51,804 nt of DNA from Rhodospirillales bacterium. GTDB taxonomy: Bacteria > Pseudomonadota > Alphaproteobacteria > CACIAM-22H2. Positions 19,827 to 29,942 of the stretch are shown here, piece by piece. The stretch spans positions 1 to 51,804 of the forward strand of contig JAEUKY010000213.1 in the NCBI GenBank assembly GCA_016794005.1. Direction: 5' to 3'. Each line of letters opens with the position of its first letter. Position 1 is the first letter of the stretch. Position numbers and translations under genes: made by a program. The notes beneath the pieces were generated by a model. It saw only the letters and a program-made list of their open reading frames with translations. It ran no database searches and was not told the DNA's origin.

Positions 19827-21220
19827 ATCTTGTAGGCGAGCCGCAGGCCGCCCCAGTGGCGCCCGCCGACGGTGATCGGCGCCGACACATCCTTCATCAG
19901 TGCATACTGCCCGCCGCCCATGTCGCGCCGGTAGGTCTGCACGAGGAACGCCTGTTCGCTGCGGCCGGCCGCAAGGCCGACCCGGTCGGCGAAGATGCGT
20001 CGGTTGCGCGAATTGGCCGTGTTCCACGCCACGTCGCTGCCCTGCGGCTTCGAGAACTTGGCGTTGTGCGTGGGCAGAAAGCCGTTGCGGTCGACGGCGG
20101 CGCAGAACACGACGCGCGGATCGAGCCCCAGCATCGGCTCCTGGATGGCGGGAAAATGCCGGTCCGTCGCGTCGACGAAGCGCGTGCGCATCTGCTGCGG
20201 ATTTGTGCCGGGGATCGGAGCGTACTTGTCGTCGAACAGGTCGGACATCGAAAGTTCGCCCGCCTTGACCGCACCTTCGAGGGCGGCCGCAAGCTTCGCG
20301 GCCGTTTCTTGCGCAGCCTTGATGAACGGCGTGTCGACCGTCTCGAGGCCGGAAGCGGCCGTAACCGCGATCAACCGTTCGCCCATCGCCACGAGCCTGT
20401 CGACGCGCTCGCGCGTGCTGTCGAGCGCCTTCGTCGACGCCTCGACGCCCGTCGTCATCTCGCGAATCGAATCGGAAACTTTCATCGATCGCTGGTCGAT
20501 CTCGCCGACCGCGTTGCTGATCTGGCCGATCTGCGAAGAGACGCCGGACATGTGGGAACCGATGGATGCCATGACCTGACCGATCGAGGCGGCCCCGGTC
20601 TCCGCCGACTGGGCGCGCTTTATCGAGGACTCGGACTGCCCGATGAGCCTTCCAGCCTTGTCGGCAAGCGCCTTCAGCGTGGAATCGATTTCCGAAGTCG
20701 CCTCGGCGGTCTGGCGCGCGAGCGCCTTCACTTCGCCCGCGACGACGGCGAACCCCTTCCCCGCTTCGCCGGCCCGCGCCGCTTCGATCGTCGCGTTGAG
20801 CGCCAGCAGGTTCGTCTGGCGAGCGATCGCGTCGATGCCTTTCGCGACCCGGCCGATCTGGTCGAGGGCGGTGCGGAGGCCGGAAAGCTCGGTCGCGAAG
20901 TTGCGCGTGGTCTCGACGAGTGCGGCGATGTCGGCGATGGCGCTATCCACCTGCTTGCGCGAGCCGTCCATCTCCTCGAGCACGCGTGCCGAGTTCCGGC
21001 CGACTTCGCCGGCGGCGGCCGCAACGGCGGCGTTCGCTTGCGTCAGTTCTTCGGTGGCGCTGCGCACTGCGCCGAAATGACTGACCTGGGACTTCAGGTT
21101 TCCCGTCAGCTCTTCGATGTAGCCAGCGACGTCGGCGATCTCGATTCCGAGCGACCCGGCTTCGGTCGCGACGTTCGCAAGCATCCTGGATTGAGACATC
21201 TGCGCGTCGTTTCCGTCCAT
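19823..21220 (-). CDS. Soluble methyl-accepting chemotaxis protein with an N-terminal signalling domain and a C-terminal putative sensor domain
   Basis: Signalling hairpin [37 protein letters not shown] near residue 140. No TM or HAMP. The C-terminal approximately 170 aa carries [38 protein letters not shown] lies 9 nt upstream of the ATG. Confidence 0.9.
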   Translation of the reverse strand: MDGNDAQMSQSRMLANVATEAGSLGIEIADVAGYIEELTGNLKSQVSHFGAVRSATEELTQANAAVAAAAGEVGRNSARVLEEMDGSRKQVDSAIADIAALVETTRNFATELSGLRTALDQIGRVAKGIDAIARQTNLLALNATIEAARAGEAGKGFAVVAGEVKALARQTAEATSEIDSTLKALADKAGRLIGQSESSIKRAQSAETGAASIGQVMASIGSHMSGVSSQIGQISNAVGEIDQRSMKVSDSIREMTTGVEASTKALDSTRERVDRLVAMGERLIAVTAASGLETVDTPFIKAAQETAAKLAAALEGAVKAGELSMSDLFDDKYAPIPGTNPQQMRTRFVDATDRHFPAIQEPMLGLDPRVVFCAAVDRNGFLPTHNAKFSKPQGSDVAWNTANSRNRRIFADRVGLAAGRSEQAFLVQTYRRDMGGGQYALMKDVSAPITVGGRHWGGLRLAYKI

Positions 21221-21245
21221 CTTCCCGTCCTCCGGCCGATCCGTT

Positions 21246-21725
21246 CTATCGGATCGCGATCTGGTGGGCGAACCTGTCGCCGTCGCTCAGCGTGACGCGC
21301 GTGAAGCCCATGAGCTTCAATACATCCAGAAAGGTAAACAAATTGTCGACCCCATAGTCCTGCAGCAGCGGGGCGCCGCGAGCGACCGCCGTCAATTGTG
21401 CCAGCAGGGCACGCACCCGGAAAACGGTATCCAACTGGCCCGGCACCAGCGAAACGACGATCAGCCGGTCCGCCCGGTCGCCTTTCGCGAAAACGACGTA
21501 CTGCGGCGCATAAGTTGCGGCGAGCTGCGACGCCGTGATGCCGTTGACGAACTCGAGCCGCTTGTCGCGCGTCGCGTCGATCAGGACCTTCGCGCGGGCG
21601 ACATAGGTCTCTTGGCTCGAAGGCTGCGGATAATAATAGCCTTCGTGCCGGTCGGCGGGTTGCGCTTGCAGCGGAGCGGCCGCGAACAGCATCAGGCCCA
21701 GAGCAACCGTACTCGCCCGGATCAT
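21246..21725 (-). CDS. Secreted protein of unknown function
   Basis: Signal peptide [23 protein letters not shown], then HEGYYYPQP... The ATG overlaps the upstream M81-peptidase gene stop (ATGA). No recognised catalytic motif. Confidence 0.7.
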   Translation of the reverse strand: MIRASTVALGLMLFAAAPLQAQPADRHEGYYYPQPSSQETYVARAKVLIDATRDKRLEFVNGITASQLAATYAPQYVVFAKGDRADRLIVVSLVPGQLDTVFRVRALLAQLTAVARGAPLLQDYGVDNLFTFLDVLKLMGFTRVTLSDGDRFAHQIAIR

Positions 21726-23230
21726 GCGGCAGCCCCTTTGAAGACCGGCCCGTGCGGGCGAAGCCGGATGCCGAGGCGAAGGCGCTTCCATGTCAGGGCA
21801 GCCGGATCAGCCGGGTTCGGCCCCGGCGTGGCGACGACAAGAACTTCCTCGGCGATCGGCTGGAAGTCCGCACGGAAATGGACCGAGCTCTTGACCGCGA
21901 CGATCCGCTCGCGAACCGGCTCGACACCCAGATGACGGAACATTTCCTGATCCGCCGTCTGGACCTTGTGCGACGACAGCACGACGCGCACGCCGTTCGC
22001 CTCGACAAGCGCCATCGGCCCGAGCTTCATGCGGCTTCCGCCGTAGAAGGGCCCCGTGCACAGGAACTGCCCGTCGCCGGTGCGCAGCACCTTGAAGGGT
22101 CCGGTGACGGGCTCGACGCCTGGCCAGCCGGAAATGGCACCTATGCGCATCTCGGCCGTATTGCCGACGCCGACCTCGTGCGCGAACTTCGCCGCCTTGG
22201 GATCGATGAGCATGCCGAGAACCGCGCCTTGCGGGCGCAGGCGCAGCATCGCGGCGAGCAGGCCCGTCGTGTCGCCGTTGCCGCCGGCCCCAGGATTGTC
22301 CTGCGTATCCGCGAGCACGACCGGCTTGCCGTTGCGCCCGCCGCGTGCGACAGCGCGTTTGATCGCGTCCTCGGGCGTATAGAGCTCGGCGACGTAATCC
22401 TTCTCGGCGTCCTCGACCGCACGGGCAAGTTCGCCGACGGCGGCCTCGATCCCGGCCTTGTCGGGGCCATAGCCGAAAACCGACGGCGCGCAGTCGCGGA
22501 TGTCGGCGGCCGGGAAACCGGTGCAGTACGACAGGACGACACCGGTGCGCGTCTCGATCTCGGCCAGACGGCGATAGAGGCCCACGCCCGGTTCGATCAG
22601 CGTGCACTGCGCCGTGATCGGGATGATGTAGGGCATCTGCCGGAACGCGCCCGCCAGCCGGCTGCCCGATTTCAGCAGCCGGTCGAGCAGGCCGAACGCG
22701 CGCCCGCCCGTCTCCGCCATGTCGACGTGCGGATAGGTGCGGTAGGCGACGCAAGCGTCGACCAGATCGATCATCGCGCGCGTGACGTTGGCGTGCAGGT
22801 CGAGCGAGACGACGACCGGCACGCGCGGGCCGACGACCTTGCGCACGCGCGCGACGATCTCGCCCTCGCCGTCCTCGAGGCTGTCGGTGACCATGGCGCC
22901 GTGCAGGTCGAGATAGACCGCGTCGACCGGCAGGGCCTTGGCGAGATCCGTGCACATCGCGTCCATGACGATCTCGAAGATCTCGTCCGAGACCTCGGCC
23001 GACGGGGTCGCGTTGGCGCAGATGAGCGGGACCAGCGAATGGCCTGCCGCCGTCGCCGCCGAAATGAACCCGGCGATCGGCACGTTCATGCCGGCGAAGG
23101 CCGGCGGGATCGCCGCCCCCCGCACCATCGACGGCCAGCCGCCGCCGCGCTCGAACGCGGCACGGTCGGCTTTCGACGGAGCGAAGGTGTTGGTTTCGTG
23201 CTGGAAAGTTCCGACTGCGATGCGTGCCAT
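21722..23230 (-). CDS. M81-family metallopeptidase (MlrC-like)
   Basis: [18 protein letters not shown].. and LDLHGAMV.. are typical of the MlrC N-domain. The ATG overlaps the ilvD stop (ATGA). Confidence 0.9.
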   Translation of the reverse strand: MARIAVGTFQHETNTFAPSKADRAAFERGGGWPSMVRGAAIPPAFAGMNVPIAGFISAATAAGHSLVPLICANATPSAEVSDEIFEIVMDAMCTDLAKALPVDAVYLDLHGAMVTDSLEDGEGEIVARVRKVVGPRVPVVVSLDLHANVTRAMIDLVDACVAYRTYPHVDMAETGGRAFGLLDRLLKSGSRLAGAFRQMPYIIPITAQCTLIEPGVGLYRRLAEIETRTGVVLSYCTGFPAADIRDCAPSVFGYGPDKAGIEAAVGELARAVEDAEKDYVAELYTPEDAIKRAVARGGRNGKPVVLADTQDNPGAGGNGDTTGLLAAMLRLRPQGAVLGMLIDPKAAKFAHEVGVGNTAEMRIGAISGWPGVEPVTGPFKVLRTGDGQFLCTGPFYGGSRMKLGPMALVEANGVRVVLSSHKVQTADQEMFRHLGVEPVRERIVAVKSSVHFRADFQPIAEEVLVVATPGPNPADPAALTWKRLRLGIRLRPHGPVFKGAAA

Positions 23231-24954
23231 CAGCTGTCCGCGTAGCTCTTGGTTTCCTTGGCGCCGCCCGGATGCGTGACCGCCCCGTATGCCGCCGTTC
23301 CGACCGTCTGCGAATACTTCCACAACGTGCCCGACTGGAAGTCGTGCGCGCGCGGCTTCCAGGCCGCCTTGCGCTTGGCGAGTTCGGCATCGTCGACTTC
23401 CAGCGAAAGCGTGCCTTTCACGGCATCGATGGAGATGATGTCGCCATCCTTGACGAGCCCGATCGGCCCGCCGAGCGCGGCCTCGGGACTCACATGCCCG
23501 ACGCAGAAACCGCGCGTCCCGCCGGAGAAGCGGCCGTCGGTGATCAGCGCGATCTCGTCGCCCTTGCCCCAGCCGTAGAGAGCGGCCGTCGTCGACAGCA
23601 TCTCGCGCATGCCGGGGCCGCCCTTCGGCCCTTCGTTGCGGATGACGATGACGTCGCCGTCCTTGATGTCCCGCTTGAGAACGGCGGCAAGCGCCTCGTT
23701 TTCGCGCTCGAAGACGCGCGCGGGGCCGCGGAACACCTGCTTCTTCATGCCCGCGACCTTCACGATGGCGCCCTCGGGTGCCAGGTTGCCCTTGAGGCCG
23801 ACCACGCCGCCGGTCTTGGTTATCGGCGACGCGACGCGGTAGACGACCTTCTGGTTCTCGGGGAATTTCACGTCCTTCAGGTTCTCGGCGATGGTCTTGC
23901 CGGTCACCGTCAGGCAGTCGCCGTGCAGGATGCCGGCGTCCAGCATCTCCTTCATCACGACGGGCACGCCGCCGACCGAATAGAGGTCGACCGCCGTGTA
24001 CTTCCCGCCGGGCATCAGGTCGGCGATGTAAGGGGTCGAGCGCATGATCTCGGCCACGTCCGACAGGTCGAACTTGATACCCGCCTCGTGCGCCATGGCC
24101 GGCAGATGCAGGCCCGCGTTCGTCGAGCCGCCCGTCGCCGCGACCACGCGCGCCGCGTTTTCGAGCGACTTCAGGGTCACGATGTCGCGCGGGCGGATGT
24201 TGCGCCGGATCAGCTCGACGATCTGCTCGCCGGACTCAACGCACCAACGGTCGCGGCTGTCGTAGGGTGCGGGCGTTCCGGCCGAACCCGGCAGGGCGAG
24301 GCCGATGGCCTCGGATACGCAGGCCATCGTGTTGGCCGTGAACTGGCCGCCGCACGATCCGCCCGTCGGCAGCGCCGTCTGCTCGAGAAGTTCGAGATCG
24401 GCATCGCTCATCTTGCCGGCGGCGTTCGCGCCCACGCCTTCGAACACGTCGACGATGGTCACGTCGCGGCCCTTGAACTTGCCGGGCAGGATCGTGCCGC
24501 CATAGATGAAGATCGACGGCACGTTGAGACGCAGCATCGACATCATCAGGCCGGGTAGCGACTTGTCGCAGCCGGCGATGCCGATCAGCGCGTCGTAGCA
24601 GTGGCCGCGGACGGTCAGCTCGACCGAGTCCGCGATGACTTCGCGGCTGACGAGCGAACTGTGCATGCCCGCGTGGCCCATGGCGATGCCGTCGGTCACG
24701 GTAATCGTGGTGAACTCGCGCGGCGTGCCACCGGCCGCGGCAACGCCCTTCTTGGCGGCCTGCGCCTGACGCGACAGCGTGATGTTGCAGGGGGCCGCCT
24801 CGTTCCAGGTCGTGACGACACCGACGAGCGGCTGGGCGATCTGCTCCTTCGACAGGCCCATCGCGTAGAGCATCGAGCGATGCGCGGCACTGGTCGGCCC
24901 CACCGTCGTATGGCGGCTGGGCAGTTTCGACTTGTCGATCGGCTTGTCGGACAT
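23230..24954 (-). CDS. ilvD: Dihydroxy-acid dehydratase
   Basis: [36 protein letters not shown]. Start at MSDKPIDK. Confidence 0.95.
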   Translation of the reverse strand: MSDKPIDKSKLPSRHTTVGPTSAAHRSMLYAMGLSKEQIAQPLVGVVTTWNEAAPCNITLSRQAQAAKKGVAAAGGTPREFTTITVTDGIAMGHAGMHSSLVSREVIADSVELTVRGHCYDALIGIAGCDKSLPGLMMSMLRLNVPSIFIYGGTILPGKFKGRDVTIVDVFEGVGANAAGKMSDADLELLEQTALPTGGSCGGQFTANTMACVSEAIGLALPGSAGTPAPYDSRDRWCVESGEQIVELIRRNIRPRDIVTLKSLENAARVVAATGGSTNAGLHLPAMAHEAGIKFDLSDVAEIMRSTPYIADLMPGGKYTAVDLYSVGGVPVVMKEMLDAGILHGDCLTVTGKTIAENLKDVKFPENQKVVYRVASPITKTGGVVGLKGNLAPEGAIVKVAGMKKQVFRGPARVFERENEALAAVLKRDIKDGDVIVIRNEGPKGGPGMREMLSTTAALYGWGKGDEIALITDGRFSGGTRGFCVGHVSPEAALGGPIGLVKDGDIISIDAVKGTLSLEVDDAELAKRKAAWKPRAHDFQSGTLWKYSQTVGTAAYGAVTHPGGAKETKSYADS

Positions 24955-25044
24955 GACTGGGGGCTTCCTCGTTGGCGGCTGTTGCACGGCAAAATAGCCC
25001 GCATGGACCTGTTTTGTGTAGGGGCTTGATCCGGCCGGCTCGGA

Positions 25045-26268
25045 TCAGGCTACGGGCTTTTCGCGCGTCAAGGCGGCGGCAAGCGTACCGATGGCCGCGA
25101 CGCATGGCAGGATCGCGAAAGCCGCATCGTAGGCATCCGCCGAATAGACGCGTGCGCCCGCCCGCATGGCGCCATCCCAGTTGAGATCGAGCAGCAGCCC
25201 CAGCAGCGGCTGGAAGATGGCGCCCGACCCGACGACGCCGGTATTGACGATGCCGTACGTCGCGCCACTCGCCTCCGGCGGGTTGTGGGCGCGCGCGGCC
25301 GCGTAGGCGAGGATCATGCCGGAAGCCAAGATGCCGTTGACGAGCATCAGCGCCGCCATCGCCAGGGTCGGCAGACCCGGCACGTAGAGGATCGCGAGCA
25401 GCGTGACCGTCATGCCGGCCCCGGAGCCGACTTCGAACGGCTTGCGGCATCCGGCGCGATCCGACAGCCAGCCGATCAACGGCGATCCCACGCCCCAGCC
25501 CACGAACATCACCGAGGTCAGCGCCGCCGCTCCCGCCCGCTCGAAGCCGTAGACCGAGACGAGCCACGGCACCGCCCACAAGCCGGCGAAGGCCAGCATC
25601 GTGCCCGTCATCGACAGCCCGAAGACGGCGTTGAGCCAGGTCTCGCGGTTGCGCGCCGCGATACGCAGGCCCCGCATGAGCCGGCCCTGGTCCTGCGCCG
25701 GCCTCCGCGCGACCTCGGGAACCGTCAGAAACATCGAAAGGGCGATGGCCGCACCGAAGCATGCCAGCATGCCGACCGCCGTGCGCCAGCCGACCTCTTC
25801 GACGACCAGTGCGAGCGGTGCCTGACCGGCGATCGCGCCCAGCATTCCGACCGCCTGTCCGAGCCCCGCGAGACCCGAAAAGCTCCGCGGCGGTAGCCAT
25901 AATGTCGTGACGGTCAGCAATCCGATGAACGAAAACGATGCGCCGAACCCGATCAGCAGTCGGCCCGCATAGGCGAACTCGACCGCCGGGGCAGTCGCGA
26001 AAATGAGCGCGCCGACGGCGGATATGCCGGCCGCGAAGCTCATCAGGCGGCGTGGCCCGAAACGGTCCATCAGTACGCCGACCGGAATCTGCATGCCGGC
26101 ATAGGCGTAGAAATAGAATGCCGACAGGCTGCCGAGCACGGCGCCGCCGACGGCGAACTCGGCCATCAGTTCTCCGACGATTACCGAGGTAGACACGCGC
26201 TGGATGAATTCGTGCCCGAAATAGGCGGCCGCCAGCGCGAACGTCGCATAGGCGCGCAGCGAGGTCAT
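25045..26268 (-). CDS. MFS transporter
   Basis: About 12 hydrophobic segments, with the MFS loop motif GVLMDRFGPRRL. The ATG lies 7 nt after the deaminase stop. Confidence 0.85.
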   Translation of the reverse strand: MTSLRAYATFALAAAYFGHEFIQRVSTSVIVGELMAEFAVGGAVLGSLSAFYFYAYAGMQIPVGVLMDRFGPRRLMSFAAGISAVGALIFATAPAVEFAYAGRLLIGFGASFSFIGLLTVTTLWLPPRSFSGLAGLGQAVGMLGAIAGQAPLALVVEEVGWRTAVGMLACFGAAIALSMFLTVPEVARRPAQDQGRLMRGLRIAARNRETWLNAVFGLSMTGTMLAFAGLWAVPWLVSVYGFERAGAAALTSVMFVGWGVGSPLIGWLSDRAGCRKPFEVGSGAGMTVTLLAILYVPGLPTLAMAALMLVNGILASGMILAYAAARAHNPPEASGATYGIVNTGVVGSGAIFQPLLGLLLDLNWDGAMRAGARVYSADAYDAAFAILPCVAAIGTLAAALTREKPVA

Positions 26269-26275
26269 CCGGCCG

Positions 26276-26746
26276 TCAGTACTCGACGCGGTCGGGCTTC
26301 GCGAACCAAGCGGCGAATACGGCGCGCGCCTCGTCCGCGAGGATGCGCGTCGCAGGAAGCGCGCGCGCATCGACCGGCTTGGCGACCTCGACATAGAAGG
26401 CGTCGTCGTCGAACCCGATTTCGGCAGCGTCTGCGCGGTTCGCGGCGTAGCACATCCGGTCGAGGCGCGCCCACAGGATGCCGCCAAGGCACATCGGGCA
26501 CGGTTCGCAGCTCGTGTAGATCGTCGCCCCGGAAAGATCGAACGTGCCCAGCCGCGCGCATGCGTCGCGGATCGCGACGATCTCGGCATGCGCGGTCGGA
26601 TCGGACGTGCCGATCACGCGATTCCAGCCCTCGCCCACAATGCGGCCGTCCTTGGCGATGACGGCGCCGAACGGACCGCCTTCGCCCGCACGCATCCGCT
26701 CGTCCGCCAGCGCGATCGCGCGCCGCATGAACTCCGCGTCGCTCAC
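26276..26746 (-). CDS. guaD: Guanine deaminase (CDA-fold, GuaD type)
   Basis: GGPFGAVIAKDGRIVGEGWN..DPTAHAEIVAIR..YTSCEPCPMCLGGILWARL..AAEIGFDD, with close resemblance to Bacillus subtilis GuaD as I recall it. The GTG at 26746 overlaps the receiver gene stop (GTGA). An alternative ATG is at 26728. Confidence 0.85.
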   Translation of the reverse strand: MSDAEFMRRAIALADERMRAGEGGPFGAVIAKDGRIVGEGWNRVIGTSDPTAHAEIVAIRDACARLGTFDLSGATIYTSCEPCPMCLGGILWARLDRMCYAANRADAAEIGFDDDAFYVEVAKPVDARALPATRILADEARAVFAAWFAKPDRVEY

Positions 26747-27159
26747 TTCTGCGCCTTCGACGAAAGCACCGCGTGGATCTTCTGCGCCAGCTGCGCCGGC
26801 GAGAACGGCTTGACGACATAGGCGTCGACGCCGTTGTCGCGCGCCTGAACGACGAACTCCGGACTCGCGCGACCGGTCAGCATGATGAACGGCATCGCCG
26901 GCCATTTCTGCCGGACGGCTTTCAGAAGCTGGAGGCCCGTCATCTCGGGCATGTTCCAGTCCGAGATGATCAGGTCGTATTTCTGCATGCCGGCATTCAG
27001 CGTATCGAGCGCTTCCGCACCGTCCTTGGCCAGCGCCACGTAGGGGATCTTGAGCTGCTTCAGAACGGTCTGCGCGATCTTGATCGCGAACGCGTCGTCT
27101 TCGACGAGTAGCACGGAAAGATTCGCGAATGCCTGATCCATCGTCTGTGCCGGATTCAT
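26743..27159 (-). CDS. Stand-alone CheY-like receiver protein
   Basis: 138 aa. VLLVEDD, LIISDWNMPEMTG, IMLTG, YVVKPF. No output domain. Confidence 0.9.
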   Translation of the reverse strand: MNPAQTMDQAFANLSVLLVEDDAFAIKIAQTVLKQLKIPYVALAKDGAEALDTLNAGMQKYDLIISDWNMPEMTGLQLLKAVRQKWPAMPFIMLTGRASPEFVVQARDNGVDAYVVKPFSPAQLAQKIHAVLSSKAQK

Positions 27160-27177
27160 CTTCGTGCCCTGCTCCGT

Positions 27178-29469
27178 TCAATCGGCCGCCGCGGCGATAT
27201 CCGCGTAGCGCTTCTTCAATGCCGCGACAGCCTCCTCGACGAGTCCCGGCAGGGTATCGGACACGGGCCCGGCGGTCACGAAATCCCCGGCTTCGCCGGC
27301 ATGTTCGATCTTCCGGGCCGCTTCGAACGCGCGGGCAAGCCCCATGTTCGCGGCCGAACTCTTGAGACTGTGCGCTGCGCGCGTCCAAGCCACCCCGTCG
27401 GCCGAGGCGCGCGCACGCGCTATCTCGGCGATCAGGTGGTTCGCGTTCTCGACGAAATCCCCGACGAGCGAAGCCACGATCTCGCGGCCCATCTGGCTTT
27501 CCAGCTCGCCGAGCACGCCTTCGTCGATCACCGCGTCGCTGGCCGACAGTCGCTCCTGGATCGAGGGCGGCTCGTCGCCTGCGGCGGGTGACGTTTCCTC
27601 GCCTCCGCCGACGCGCGCCAGCGCGCGGCCGAGATCATCCGGCACGATCGGTTTGGCGATGTAGTCGTTCATGCCGGCCGCGAGGCAGCGGTCGATGTCG
27701 GCCTGCATGGCGCCGGCCGTCGCGGCGACGATCCAGATCGTGCCTTTCGGCGCCGGCAGGGCGCGGATCGCTTTCGTCGCCTCGATGCCGTCCATTTCGG
27801 GCATGTGCATGTCCATCAGGATCACGTCGTGCTCGCGCGCCTCGACGGCGGCCAGCGCTTCGCGGCCGTTGTTCGCGATCTCGATCGAGTGGCCCGCCAT
27901 TTTGAGCAGACCCGTCGCGACCTTCTGGTTCACGATGTTGTCCTCGGCCAGCAGGATGCGCAGCGGGCGCGCGGCATGCGTCAGCACCGTCTGCGTCTCG
28001 CCGCGCGGCGCCACGCCGACGGGCAGCGTCAGCTCGAAATGGAACTCGGAACCCTTGCCGAGTTCGCTTTCCACGCCGATCTCCCCGCCCATCGCATTGA
28101 CGAGCCGCCGGCTGATCGCGAGGCCCAGGCCGGTACCGCCGAAGCGGCGCGAGATCGACGAGTCCGCCTGCACGAAGCTGCCGAAGAGCTTGGCCTGCGC
28201 TTCCTTCGAAATGCCGATGCCGGTGTCGCGGATGCCTACACGCACACGTGCAACGTCTCGATCCGGCGCCGGCAGGCTGCGCACCGAGACTGTGACGCCG
28301 CCCTTTTCCGTAAATTTGACCGAATTGCCGATCAGGTTGAGCAGGACCTGCCGCAAACGTCCCGGATCGCCGCGCAGATAGGTCGGCAGCGCCGGATCGA
28401 TCTCGGCCGCGAGCGCGATCCCCTTCTCGCCCGCCTTGGACGACATCAGCGCCACGGCATCCTCGACCGCGTTGCGCGGATCGAAATCGATGCTTTCGAC
28501 GTCGAGCTTGCCCGCCTCGAGCTTGGAATAGTCGAGGATGTCGTTGAGGATCTGCAGCAGCGACTGTCCGCTTTCCAGCACGATGCGCGCGTTGTCGCGC
28601 TGTTCGCCGTCGAGATCGGACTGCAGCAGCAGGCGCGACATGCCGATGATCCCGTTCATCGGCGTGCGGATCTCGTGGCTCATCATCGCGAGGAACTCGG
28701 ACTTCGCCTTGGTCGCGAGTTCGGCGCGGTCGCGCGCCTCCTTGATGTCGCCCATGGCCTGTTTGAACACCGACATCGCGCGGGCGGTGTCGCCGAGTTC
28801 GTCGCGCCGCTCGAGATAGCGGATATGGACGTCCTCGTCCCCGCGCGCGATCTTGCGCATCTTGCGATTGAGGCTGTCGAGCGGCAGCACGATGTTGCGC
28901 ACCAGCAGGACGCCGACGACGAGCAGGACGATCGCCGCCAGCGCGATCACAGCGGCAAGGACGTTGCGCGTCGCCTCGATCGTCTCGCCGGCGTCCTCGC
29001 GGAAAACGTATCCGTTGTCGGCCGCGATCTGGGTCAGCACCTCGAGATCCTGCCGGATGCGCGCACCGAGCTCGGTGCGCTCGCGCGCGGCGGCGGCATC
29101 CCCGGCACGCGCCAGCGCCGCGGCCTTGCGCCACTTTTCGACATTGGCGCGGATGTCGGCCGCGACGGCCGAAATGTCCTCCGAATTGCCGCGCTCGGCA
29201 GCGACGTCGAGATCCTTCAGGAAGTCGTCGACCAGCTTGCCGAGCCGGTCCATGCCTGCCGCGGCACCGCCTTCCAGATCGATGCGCTCGATCACGGCGA
29301 AATCGGTCTGGGACAGTCGCGCGAAATTGATCGTCTGCAACGGACCGTCGAACATCTGGACCGTCAGCGTGCCCAGCATCCGCGAAGCGACATAGGCCGT
29401 GAAGCCGAGCGTCGAGGCCGCCAGCAGCGCGAAGAGGAACGCGGCGATGAGCTTGGCGCGGATCGACAA
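27178..29469 (-). CDS. Tripartite hybrid sensor histidine kinase (2 TM + helical periplasmic region, HAMP, HisKA/HATPase, receiver, HPt)
   Basis: H-box [15 protein letters not shown]-boxes DTGIGI and GGTGLGLAI, receiver [22 protein letters not shown], HPt [12 protein letters not shown]. Preferred start is the TTG at 29469 with GGAGAGG upstream. The longer ORF (..29538) would overlap the upstream gene. Confidence 0.9.
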   Translation of the reverse strand: MSIRAKLIAAFLFALLAASTLGFTAYVASRMLGTLTVQMFDGPLQTINFARLSQTDFAVIERIDLEGGAAAGMDRLGKLVDDFLKDLDVAAERGNSEDISAVAADIRANVEKWRKAAALARAGDAAAARERTELGARIRQDLEVLTQIAADNGYVFREDAGETIEATRNVLAAVIALAAIVLLVVGVLLVRNIVLPLDSLNRKMRKIARGDEDVHIRYLERRDELGDTARAMSVFKQAMGDIKEARDRAELATKAKSEFLAMMSHEIRTPMNGIIGMSRLLLQSDLDGEQRDNARIVLESGQSLLQILNDILDYSKLEAGKLDVESIDFDPRNAVEDAVALMSSKAGEKGIALAAEIDPALPTYLRGDPGRLRQVLLNLIGNSVKFTEKGGVTVSVRSLPAPDRDVARVRVGIRDTGIGISKEAQAKLFGSFVQADSSISRRFGGTGLGLAISRRLVNAMGGEIGVESELGKGSEFHFELTLPVGVAPRGETQTVLTHAARPLRILLAEDNIVNQKVATGLLKMAGHSIEIANNGREALAAVEAREHDVILMDMHMPEMDGIEATKAIRALPAPKGTIWIVAATAGAMQADIDRCLAAGMNDYIAKPIVPDDLGRALARVGGGEETSPAAGDEPPSIQERLSASDAVIDEGVLGELESQMGREIVASLVGDFVENANHLIAEIARARASADGVAWTRAAHSLKSSAANMGLARAFEAARKIEHAGEAGDFVTAGPVSDTLPGLVEEAVAALKKRYADIAAAAD

Positions 29470-29492
29470 GCGTCCTCTCCCCCGCGGCCGGA

Positions 29493-29831
29493 TTACTGCA
29501 CGACGATCTGCATCGCCATACGGGGATGGATGCGGCACATGACCGCAAACGTTCCCGCACGTCGGAACGGCACACCGACCTTCGTATTCGGTCCCTGGCG
29601 GCCGACATCGAATTCCCCGCCAGCCGTTTCGGAATAGACGTTGTGGCCGAACCGGTCCTCGTTGACGAAGAACACCTGTCCGCCGACGCGAATGCGCACT
29701 TCCTTGGGCTCGAAATCGATATCCCGCTGAACAACGGTCGCTTCGGCGGCATCCGGCCCCTGCGCGAACGCCAGATGCCCGATGCCGAACGAGACGGCGG
29801 CGGCGGCGATCGTCAAAACCAGTGGTCGCAT
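29493..29831 (-). CDS. Secreted cupredoxin-like (type-1 copper site-like) protein
   Basis: Signal peptide [24 protein letters not shown]. Candidate ligands are FGHNVY and C-x2-H-x2-M (VMCRIHPRM), the same spacing as amicyanin. AGGAG lies 9 nt upstream of the ATG at 29831. Confidence 0.75.
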   Translation of the reverse strand: MRPLVLTIAAAAVSFGIGHLAFAQGPDAAEATVVQRDIDFEPKEVRIRVGGQVFFVNEDRFGHNVYSETAGGEFDVGRQGPNTKVGVPFRRAGTFAVMCRIHPRMAMQIVVQ

Positions 29832-29942
29832 CGGGATACTCCTAGATGGAAGGCGACAGTATAGCAAACGCGGCCGAACGCGCGTCTTGTCGCCTCGCGA
29901 CAGACGATTCGCACGTCCTGCCAGAAGGTTACGCTTGGCCGG

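Noticed and set aside
19112-21295. 727-aa plus-strand ORF
   Set aside because: It is out of frame within xthA and antisense to the chemoreceptor gene. Both of those have clear family motifs and this ORF has none.
29470-29538. Longer start (MPHPSPYG..) for the hybrid kinase
   Set aside because: It would overlap the cupredoxin-like gene by 46 nt. The TTG at 29469 has a GGAGAGG Shine-Dalgarno and begins just before the first TM.
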